Of a stretch of 64,000 bases of DNA, positions 30,037 to 40,600 are shown one piece after another. The stretch covers positions 1-64,000 of IMG/VR virus record IMGVR_UViG_3300020045_012645. The stretch is one strand, 5' to 3'. The translations under genes were made by a program, and so were the position numbers. Below the pieces are notes generated by a model. The model saw nothing but the letters and a program-made list of their open reading frames with translations. It had not been told where the DNA came from and did not search any database. The stretch comes from a virus. The first letter of the stretch is position 1; each line of letters opens with the position of its first letter.

Positions 30037-31582
30037 GTCAGTAAAAAAAGCAGTAAAAAAAATAAAAAAAGTTGTTAGTAAAGTAACAAAAACTGTAGTT
30101 AATGTTGCAAAAGTTGGAGCTGCAGTTGGACTTGGATTTGCAGTCGGAGGATATGCTGGAGCTGCATATGCATTTAATAAATCTGGTGGATTTGAATTAA
30201 CAGCACAAGGTTTTACTGAAGCAGGAAATGTTGCAGGGCAACTCGGGTTTGATTCTTTAGAAAAAGAAACAGAACGATGGGCTAGTGACATAAAACAAGT
30301 AGGAAAAGTTTTAAGTGGAGAATATGCTAGAGATCAATCTAGAGTTGCAGATGCACAAGAACTTTATCAAAATGCATTAGATGATTATGAAGATGACTAT
30401 AAAGAAGCAGCAAGTATATACAATAGTGGATTAAATGAATTAATTGACAAAATGAATAGATTAATTGGTTTTCATGAAATATTTCAAATGTCTATGTCTA
30501 ACAAAATAGAAAATTATGGGTCATTTGTTCCACCAGATGAAGCTGAATTGCTTAAACTTTTTAATGAATTTAAAAAACTATCAGATAGGCTCAAGAATGA
30601 ATATGATTTTATAATTGGTTTAAAGTCTGGTGGTATACTTGAAAAAGTATTCCATTCCATGATTACTATTATTGGTGGTATAACAAGAGATATGATTGAT
30701 GCAATTAGTGGAGAAGCAGATACTCAAACATGGAAGAGAATCGGTGGAGTAATAGTTGCTATAGTCTTGGTTGTTATAGCAATTTTAGCTGCAATACCAA
30801 CTGGTGGAGCATCTCTTAGTTTAATTGCTGTTGCAATAGCAGTACTAACAGTTGTAAGTACATTATTAATGCTTGATGGAATGTATGGAAGTGGAAGTCT
30901 TATGGGTGCTACATTTGACTTACTTGATTTTGTTTTTAATGATGTTTTTAATTTTGATGATTTGATAGGATCTGATTTTAATAAATTTGATAGTGATCAC
31001 GAGGATTATCAAGAAATGACAATGTATTTCCAAATGGCTTTAGCTATATCTGCTATTATATTAAGTCTTGGTTCTAGTATGCTCTCATCTGGTTCTACTA
31101 CTGGACAATCTGGATATACTAGTGTATGGAGTGATTTTACAACTAGCACATCTAGTACATCGTTTCTTGGAATAAATGCGTCTACTTATAAATCAATATA
31201 TGATGTGTATCAAGGTGCAATGTCTGTAAAAGACTATATGACTGCTAATGATTCACACAATCAGCTTAAAGATAAACTTAATACAGATTTAGGTAAAATA
31301 AATAATGTAATTTCAAAGCAAACCAATAAGAACTTTATGAAACATTATAAAGATACTGAGTATTTTTTAAATGATCAACAACTTGTAATAGATAGATATT
31401 TATGGGAAGTTACTGCTGATAATATGTATACAGATCCTTATGCTGTTACTCCAGTAGCTAATATAAGATTTAGTCCAGACAAGAGAGAGAGAAAAGTTGT
31501 TTTTGGTTTTGAGGAATTGTTTGACTATGAAAGTCAAGCTGGCGGTAATAATTATTTTAAAAATATATTATATATGACATAA
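30029..31582 (+). CDS. Putative ejection/membrane-channel virion protein
   Basis: Lys-rich N-terminus, long hydrophobic hairpin AAIPTGGASLSLIAV, no Cys; first gene of cargo block. Confidence 0.65.
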   Translation: MGKSVKKAVKKIKKVVSKVTKTVVNVAKVGAAVGLGFAVGGYAGAAYAFNKSGGFELTAQGFTEAGNVAGQLGFDSLEKETERWASDIKQVGKVLSGEYARDQSRVADAQELYQNALDDYEDDYKEAASIYNSGLNELIDKMNRLIGFHEIFQMSMSNKIENYGSFVPPDEAELLKLFNEFKKLSDRLKNEYDFIIGLKSGGILEKVFHSMITIIGGITRDMIDAISGEADTQTWKRIGGVIVAIVLVVIAILAAIPTGGASLSLIAVAIAVLTVVSTLLMLDGMYGSGSLMGATFDLLDFVFNDVFNFDDLIGSDFNKFDSDHEDYQEMTMYFQMALAISAIILSLGSSMLSSGSTTGQSGYTSVWSDFTTSTSSTSFLGINASTYKSIYDVYQGAMSVKDYMTANDSHNQLKDKLNTDLGKINNVISKQTNKNFMKHYKDTEYFLNDQQLVIDRYLWEVTADNMYTDPYAVTPVANIRFSPDKRERKVVFGFEELFDYESQAGGNNYFKNILYMT

Positions 31583-31593
31583 AAGGAAATAAG

Positions 31594-32145
31594 ATGGCAG
31601 AAAGTTCATTAAATAATATCAATACTGGATCTTTAGCATTTAAACCCGTTTCAAAGAAAATAAATCCATATTCTCAATATAATGGATTAAATCAAGTAGT
31701 TAGTAATGAAAATGCTGCTATTGATTTTAATAATGGAGTATTTGACAACAGTAGTTATTCAGATCAAACATCTGGTACTACATATAATGGAAGTGCTGAT
31801 TATGGTTTAGGTAAACTTGGAAATATTGGTGATAATATTAATTATGATTATGGTTCTATTAAGCCAACAACTACAACTACAAATGAAGATTTGGGATGGT
31901 TTGGAGTAGGAGATAAAGGTACTAGTAAATTTTCAAGTACTATGGGTGGAATTGGAGCAGGTGTCGGAGCATTATCTGGATTAGGTTCTATGTATCTTGG
32001 AATGAAAAACTATAAGTTAGCAAAAGAAGCTAACGAATTAGAGAAAGATAAATATAATAGATTAATCAAAGAAGATGAAGCAGCTGATGCAAATAAAGCT
32101 AAATTTGCTGAAAATGTTGGTGGAGGAGCTACTTATGTCGGGTAA
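31594..32145 (+). CDS. N4 gp52-like small internal virion protein
   Basis: Gly zipper GGIGAGVGALSGLGSMYLGMKNYKLAK; synteny. Confidence 0.7.
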   Translation: MAESSLNNINTGSLAFKPVSKKINPYSQYNGLNQVVSNENAAIDFNNGVFDNSSYSDQTSGTTYNGSADYGLGKLGNIGDNINYDYGSIKPTTTTTNEDLGWFGVGDKGTSKFSSTMGGIGAGVGALSGLGSMYLGMKNYKLAKEANELEKDKYNRLIKEDEAADANKAKFAENVGGGATYVG

Positions 32146-34582
32146 TTATTATGATCCAAATCCAAATATAGCAAATGCTAGATTAAATTTTCAACAATAT
32201 GATACTAGTGGTTTTTTAAAAGGCGGTCAAGCAGTAAATGAATCTTTAAATTACTTAAGAGATAAAGAACTTTCTGATTTTAAGATTCAAAAAGAAATTG
32301 AAAAAGAGAAGTACCAGAGAAGTAGAGATGCTTTATCTGATGCACGATATGATAAGCAAGAACTTAGAAAAGATAAAGAGCAGCAAGCTACTGATTCTTT
32401 TTATAACTCTATGGCAGAAGGTCCAAAGCAAGTTGGTGGATTATATGGAGATACATTAGCAAAAGAGTCAGATAAATATGTAATGACTCAAGATGAAATT
32501 GCTAGTGGAATTATGAATCCTGAAGAAGCTAGAAAATCTGGAAATGAAGCATTAGCTAAGAAATTAGAATGGCAATTGAAAGCTGGAGATGCTGCAAATA
32601 AAGCAGTTACTGCTGATGCATTTAAAGAATCTAGACCAGAAATGTATTTAAGAATGATGGAAGAATCTAGATCAAAAGGATTGCCAGTTCTTCCTGGAAT
32701 GGTTGAGAAATATGAATCTGCTAAATTAGCTGAAGAAACTGCTAGTGCTAAAAAATTAGAAGATATAACAAAGTTAAAAGAAGATATATACAAAGACCAA
32801 TTATCTAATCAATGGAAATTAGTTGGAACAATTCCAAATAAAGATGGAAGCGTACAAACTGGTACTGACAGTGATGGTAATCCAATATATATTCCTACAT
32901 TAAAACAGCAAGTTAATTCTCAAAATAAAGCTAATAAAACATTTGATGAGCAAGTAGCAGATGACACTAAAATATTAAATTCAGTATTTGATGATATAAA
33001 AAAAGACGGAAAACCAGTTGTTTTAGAAAAAGGTACATCCGATGCTATTAGATCTGATATGTCAAAAGCATATATTAATGCTAGAAATAACTATCCAGAC
33101 GTAGATCCATCTGTTATTGCTAAAGCTGTTGCCTCAACTGCTGGATCGACTAGTGGTGGATATTTATGGGGAGATCCAGCTGCTAAATATAATGTTGAAG
33201 AATTAAACAATAAGCTAAAAGATTCTTCATACATTAAATCTGAAACAGATAAGATAAAAGCTCAACAACAAGTTGCACTACAAAACTCTGGTACTGATGT
33301 TGAAGATAGGCTTACAAAATTTGATATGGCTAAAGAATTAGTTTCTGGAACTAATGCAATTAATGCAAACAGACTATCTGGTATTAATAGCAAAATGGCT
33401 CAACTTAATCTTACTCCAGAGGAACGAAGACTTGCAAAGGCACAAGAATGGCTAAAATCAGAAGGTTTGATTTCAACTCCTTCATCTTCTTTGGCGCAAC
33501 AAGATTCACAAGTTAATAGACTTGCTAATATTAATAAAGAATTAACTGATCCGAAAAAATTAATTGCTGGTGTTCCAAATTCTTTAAAAATGATTGAAGG
33601 AATAAGTAATAGTTCATATGGAGATGCGGGTGGATACGCTGTTGGAATGGGATATAATTTAACAAAAAATATTGATAGTATAGATAGAGATTTCAAAAAT
33701 GCAAATATATCTCCAGAAAAAGCGTATATTGCTAGAACTAGACCACAAGATTTAGTTCTAGATAATGGTGAAGCAGAAAGACTTGCTCAGGTTGCGGTTA
33801 TTGATAGAATTGATAGATTAGATAATAAGATAGCTGGATACGGAAAAACATTTGACACATTGAGTCCGAATATGCAAGCTGCTGCATTACAAATGGAATA
33901 TAGAGGTGATCTTGGAAACAAAGATTATTCTAAACAACTTAAAGGATTTATTAGAAAAGATGATTTTGAAGGATTGAAAAATTATATTGTTGAAAATCAA
34001 AATACTTTACCTAAAGAGGTTGTTGATAGATTTGGTAAAAATCTTAAATATGATACTGGTGAATCTTTAAGTAGAGGAACTATGACCGATAAAGATAAAG
34101 ATATTTATCTTGCCAATGCAAGATTATCATCTAAATCAGAAGATGAAAAAGCTAAATCATTAAATAATTTAGATTCAAAATCAATTCCAAAAGAAGAACA
34201 AAAAATTAAAGATTATTCTGAATTAAAAAATGAAATAATAAATAGAACTGATGTGCTTGGTAATGAAATTGGTTCTTTTGATGAAAATATTATAAAAAAT
34301 AAAATAATGGATTCAAACGATGTTAACTCATATGAAGCTGATAAAATTTTTCAAAATATTAAAAAAGATATTTCATCTCAATATAGTTCTGCTGATAAAA
34401 ATTATAGAGAAGCATTACAAAAAGATATTAAATCTGGTAAGCAGAATTCAACAATAATTAATGGAAAAAATGCTGAAGAATGGTACAAACTTAGAAGTGA
34501 AAAAAGTATTATAGGAGATAATATTATAAATAATATAAAATCATCAACAAATAGATTAAAAGATTATTATTCATATGACTAA
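32135..34582 (+). CDS. gp51-position ejection protein with lysozyme-like (GH24) domain
   Basis: LKMIEG...YGDAGGYAVGMGYNL...FDTLSPNMQAAALQMEYRG; no Cys; GGAGG RBS. Confidence 0.7.
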   Translation: MSGNYYDPNPNIANARLNFQQYDTSGFLKGGQAVNESLNYLRDKELSDFKIQKEIEKEKYQRSRDALSDARYDKQELRKDKEQQATDSFYNSMAEGPKQVGGLYGDTLAKESDKYVMTQDEIASGIMNPEEARKSGNEALAKKLEWQLKAGDAANKAVTADAFKESRPEMYLRMMEESRSKGLPVLPGMVEKYESAKLAEETASAKKLEDITKLKEDIYKDQLSNQWKLVGTIPNKDGSVQTGTDSDGNPIYIPTLKQQVNSQNKANKTFDEQVADDTKILNSVFDDIKKDGKPVVLEKGTSDAIRSDMSKAYINARNNYPDVDPSVIAKAVASTAGSTSGGYLWGDPAAKYNVEELNNKLKDSSYIKSETDKIKAQQQVALQNSGTDVEDRLTKFDMAKELVSGTNAINANRLSGINSKMAQLNLTPEERRLAKAQEWLKSEGLISTPSSSLAQQDSQVNRLANINKELTDPKKLIAGVPNSLKMIEGISNSSYGDAGGYAVGMGYNLTKNIDSIDRDFKNANISPEKAYIARTRPQDLVLDNGEAERLAQVAVIDRIDRLDNKIAGYGKTFDTLSPNMQAAALQMEYRGDLGNKDYSKQLKGFIRKDDFEGLKNYIVENQNTLPKEVVDRFGKNLKYDTGESLSRGTMTDKDKDIYLANARLSSKSEDEKAKSLNNLDSKSIPKEEQKIKDYSELKNEIINRTDVLGNEIGSFDENIIKNKIMDSNDVNSYEADKIFQNIKKDISSQYSSADKNYREALQKDIKSGKQNSTIINGKNAEEWYKLRSEKSIIGDNIINNIKSSTNRLKDYYSYD

Positions 34583-34661
34583 TTCATGTAGTACCAGATA
34601 AAGTAAAACTTAGGCAATTTTAGATAGAATCAATCTAATAAAATTGCTTAAGGATACATAT

Positions 34662-37600
34662 ATGGCAAAAGACTTTGAACAAAGATGGGCTGAAGTTGCA
34701 CTAAACAATAGCTTTACTACTGATACCGAATATAGTCAACCAGTTGATGCATCTATTTCACTTACAAATAGATTACTAAATTTAGAAAATACTAAACAAG
34801 AAAAAATTAAAAAATTAAATGAAACTACAAGCACTTTAGCTGGTACTGATGGCATTAAACCAATTCCACAATATGATGAAAATGTTAAAATAGTTGGAAT
34901 GGAAGATGCCGATACTGCATTACTTTCTGATGATAGACAAGTTAGGATTTCAGATCCATCTCTTAGATATGATGCTGCTGAAATAAAACATGCTGGCGAT
35001 GATTCATTTAAAGAAAAATTTCTTGATGTATTTGGACTTGGAGCTACTGGAAAATCTGATTTTGCTGAAAAAAGACAAAAAGAGCAAGCTGCTAGATTAT
35101 ATAATAAACCTGTTCAGTATGTTACCGAACAAGACATACTTGATGTTGGTAATATGCAACAAGTTCAAGCTGTGGCTGATTTATATAAAAATCCTGGTGA
35201 TACAAAATTTGAAGCTCCATTAATTAAAAATTCTACACAACTTGATTTTAATACTGGATTGGACATTGATGTTGGATTACAAAAATCTGGTACTGATGAA
35301 TATGGTAGAACTCTTGGATCATTTATCAATAAAAATACTGGTGAAAACATTACAAGAATACAAGCAGAAAGTCAAAGAACTAATGCATTTGCACCTGGTA
35401 CTAATGATTATACAGTTAATGAAAGTGGAGAAGTTGTAAAAGTAAATCCTGGTATTATTGATAGACTTGAGAATGCCGCTAAAGGTGCTGGATATCAATT
35501 AGCTGGTGGAATTGCAGATACATTAAATCTTGTACCTAGAGCTGTTGAATATGCTGCTACAGATAAAACTTGGGATCAAAGCAAAGGTTTATATACTGAA
35601 ACAGATCAAGAAGCATTAAAGAAATCAATTGGATATGATGATAGATATACTCAATATGTTGGCAAAGAAGCTACTGAAGCTGTTAAAAAAGCATATGAAG
35701 ATGGAAACTACAAAGAATTAGCTGGTGCATTCTGGGATGCTGCTACTACTCCAGAGGTACTTGGAGAAAGCACTGGGTTCTTATTATCAATGTTTATGCC
35801 TGGTGCTTTAGCTAAAAAAGGTGTTAGTGCTGTATCTGGAATTAATACTGCTGCTAAAGAATTAATTGCTGCTGACAAAACATTATCTAAAGTTGATGCT
35901 ATTGCTAAAGCAGAAGATGAAGCTGGAATTGCATATAAAATATCAAAAGGTGTTGCTGGTCAAACTGGACAAATTGGTATGGCAGAAGCTCAAACTCAAG
36001 ATGCTGCTTCTGAATATGAAAAAACATATGGTGAACAAATGTCTTCAGAAAGAAGAACTGGTGCATTCCTGCTTAATCTTGCTAGTGTTAACATGGATGC
36101 TGCTATGGGTAAAGCAATACTTCTTGGTAATGATCCACTTGCTAAAGTTATCAAAGATACACTAGTTAATTCTGATGATGTTGTTAAAAAAACAATGATT
36201 GAGAAAATTGCTAAATCTGTTGGTCTTGATACTGCAAGAGTTGCTGGTGCTATACTTGAAGAAGCTGGTACTGAAGCTACACAAGCTGGAATAGAGAATG
36301 TTTCAAAATATTACAATGCAGACAAAGGTGTTGGTGTTGCAGATGTATTAGAAAATACTGCATACGATATTGGTGGAGCAGCGTTAATGGGTGGAGCAGG
36401 TGGTGCTCAAATGAACAGAACTGGAGAAGTATCTCGAAAATTATTTGATGGAAGTATTGGTAAACTAGTACCAGAGAATTTCATTAACTCAATAAATAAA
36501 GATGTTGATACAAAAGTTCAATATTCATTTACTCCAGATTTACAGTATACAGAAAGACCTGGTTCTGAAAATTTAAGCAAAGATGAAATGGCTTTCGAAG
36601 GTAATCAAACAATTAGTGATATACAAAAATATTCTACAAAAGCTATTGCTGAATCTATGTATAAAGGCAGAGACATCAAAGATGCTAGAGGAAATAGCAT
36701 AACTCCAGAAGCTGGAATTAGTGGAATAATAGATACCATTAGACATGAAAATTTAGCTAAAAATAAATATGTTGTTGAAGATAGACAAAACAGAATGAAT
36801 CAAATAAATTCTATTGAAGATGAATTAATTAGAAATACTGAAAAAGCAAAATATGAAGAATCACTGTATGGTTCTGATCTAATTGACAAAGAGGAATATG
36901 TTAAGAATTTTATCAATACATATTCTGCAATGACAAAACAACTAAAAGATCCAAAATTCGATGTTAATGGAGATATTAGAAATAAATCTATAGCAAATAC
37001 TACCAAAGCATTTATCTCTAAAGCAAATGCAGAACCAGATAGCTATATCAAAGATAGATTATTATCTGAATTCATCAATGGATATATTGCTGAATCCGCT
37101 AAGAATACTATATATGGTAAAGAAGGTGTTGATATTAAACAATTTGGTTCCGTTGGTGAATTATCTAAAGATGTTATGTTTGGAGATAAAGCAGAAGATT
37201 ATATTAAAAGTCTAAAAGCTGTAAAACAAGTAGTATTTGGAAGTATGCCTAAAAATAAAGATGGAAATTCTGGAGAACTAGAAAAAGAACTTGATCAAAA
37301 AATTAATGCATTTGAAAAAATGTATTTTGATTATAAAAATAAATTAAATGAAATGAAATCTAAAAATCCAGATGCTGATTTAACACTATTAAATGCTAAA
37401 ACAAAAGAAGATGTTAATAGAGAAATAATGGATGGATCAGGTTTTATATCTAGTATATTTAAACCATTTAAAAAGTCTATTAATGGTCATATGAATATGA
37501 TTAGAAAAAATGTTAATAATATTAGAACAGATAAAACTGGAGCGCTTAGTCAAACTAAATCTATTGATCAAATGTTGACACAAGTTACTAAATTTAATAA

Positions 37601-40600
37601 ATTTGCTGATACAAGAACAGTTAATAATAGTGATGCATATGCTGATATATTAGAAGCTAGATATGATGGAGTTAGTGATTCAGAACTTGCTCAAATGTTA
37701 TTCTCAAGAGAAAATGAATTTAGTAATATTAGAAAAGACGTAGACGCTTCAAATATTAATGTTGACGAATTACCAAATGAACTTAGAAAAAAAAGAGTTC
37801 CTGTTTATAGAGTAGGACTTGACAGTAAAAAGATGACAAATGAATTGTCTACTGGCGAGATAATGATTAATGAAGCAAAAGCATTTATTAAAAATTTAGA
37901 AGAAGCTAGACTTTTATTAGTTGGTAAAATTTCATTACAACAAGAATTACTTGGTACTGTAAAAAACAATAAAGATAGAAAAGCTATTGAAGAAACTATT
38001 GAAAAACTTCAAGAAAAAGTTGATGAAATTAATGCTACAATAGCTAATCAAGAAAGCAATACAGCAATAATAAATGAACTAAGAACTAAATTATTAACTC
38101 CTGAAGTTGTTAAAAACTTAAAAAGATTATATGCTCAAAGTAAGTTTAAAGAAGAATCTTATTTTGATAAATCAAGAGTACCAGCTATTGCGACTGAAGC
38201 AAATGTAGATAATATTTCAACAAATAAAGAAAATGGAGATACAAATGGAACAAAAACAACAACAGAAGATACAAACGTTGAATCAGGAAATCAAGAGTCT
38301 GAATCAACAATTGTCGAAGGAAAAAGAGAATCTGAAGCTAGAACAAAAGAAACTGGAAAAGATGGAACTATTGAAGAAAAAATTAGTCCTACAGTTGAAG
38401 AATCTAGTAAAATAGATAATACCATATCTGGTACTGATGATAAAGTAAATGTAGTACCAGATATAGTTGAAGAAGAAATTGATGTTGATAGCTTAAGTCT
38501 TGATGATCAAATTGCTTACTATAGAAAACAAGTAAAAGCTATATCTAAAAGTGAAAGAAAAATTGATGTATTAAAATCTGATATAGACTCTAGAGTTAAA
38601 AAGGCTAATGCAGTACTTGATATGCTAGATAGTATTCAAAACAGTTCAATTAAACATTCAGAAAATATTACTAAATATGAAAAAAGAATATCAGAAATTG
38701 AAACAAAATTATCTGATAAATCTAATAAATTAAGTGAAATTGAAAAGTCAGAACTTAAAAAAGAATCTTCTGGTAAAGCAATTGCGTTAGCAGATGAAAA
38801 AAGATATTTAGAATCTGAACAAAAAAATATTAAAAAGTATAATGGAATCAAAAAGTCAAATTCTAAAAAAGTAAAAGAAATTCAAGTCAAACTTGCTAAG
38901 TTAAATGAATTCTCTGATAAAAATTTGAATGATGGTCAAAAACTATTAATTAACAATAAAATTAGAACATTAGAAATTCAACAACATTCTATTAAATGGA
39001 AAGATTCTGTTGTTCAAAAATCATTTGAAACAATTAAAGAATTAGAAGGACAACTTGAAAAAGATAGATTATCTAGTACTGATAGTTTTGAACTTAATGA
39101 ATTAGAATATAAAATTAAAGTTTCACAAAGAAGATATGCAAATGATAAATTTGTTGATAAAACAATTAGAGATAAAGCCATTGAAATTTGGAAAGAAGAT
39201 TTAGAAAAAAAATTAGCGATAGATGCTACTAAAAATATTGATGAAAGTAGAAAAAAATATTTAGTATCATCTAAAATTTCTGAATCAATTAGAATGTTAG
39301 AAAATTATGAATATCATAATTTATTTATAAATGATGTAGTTACTTATACAACTACTGATAAAAAATATCCACTAATTAGAAGTTCAATTAAAAACAATGA
39401 TGTTGTTGCTGGATATAATTTACTTGATGATATGAGAAAAGGAATTGTTAAATTATCTAAAAAAGATAAAGTTTATTCTGCACTATCAAAAGGTATAACT
39501 AAAAAAATGGAAGATAGCGAAGTTGTAGCTAAATTAATTAGCAATTATTTTGCGTTAAAAGGTAATAGCTATACAAACAAAATCAACAAAGAATATCCAA
39601 TCGGAAGTGAATCTAGAAGTTCATTTGATGCTAAACTAAGTAACTATTTATTGTATATACACAATTCTTCATTTGTTGATAATGATTTAATTATTAGAGA
39701 TTCTTCAAATAAATTAAATGCAGATGGTAGTAAAGTTGGAGAATCTAAATCTCCAGATATTGTTAATTATGAAATTAAACAAGGTAAAGTAATTGCATTA
39801 GATAAAGATGGAAATGTAGTTGATACTAATCAAAGTGTAAACTTATTATCTTTATTATTTGGAAATGAAACTAAAGAAATTAAACTTGGAAAAGATGAAT
39901 TAAAAGTTAGCCATACTAAATTTCCTAAGTATTTTGCTGAAGTTGTTAAGGTTGAATCAATCAAAGAGATCAGTAATATGTATAAAATATTGATTACTAA
40001 TCCAAATACTGATACTGAAACATTTGATGGTATATGGGGAATTGATCCATCTAGCGATAACGCTGAAGAATTAAGAACTGAAGTTTATGAAAACTATTTA
40101 TCAAAAGGAATTATTCCTGAATCAGTTATTGTTAGAGCATTGGGTCAAAGAATATACAAACAATTGCCTATTACATTTGATAGAAATTTATTAGAAAGAT
40201 ATACAGAAGAAACTATTATATCTCAATTAGGAATATATGCTATTGGACAATTTGAGAATGAATCAAATTCTGTTAAAGTAAATATTGAAGACGAAGTTAA
40301 AGAATATGGTATTTCAAGATGGAAAGAGATTAATCCAGTAAATAAAAAACTTGAAACACAAATGATTAAAATTGGCGATAAAACTATGAATGCTATTCAA
40401 CTTCCTATGAATGAGCAAGCTATGAAATTATTAGTTGATTTATCTGAAACTCTTGATTATTTATCTGTTTCTGAAGATAGAAAAACTCCTAGTTTTGAAC
40501 CAATAACAAGAGTACCAGATACAATTAAACATAAGAAAACTAAGTTATCTGATACTGCAATTGAAACTATTAAAGATTATCAAAGTATTGCATATAAATT

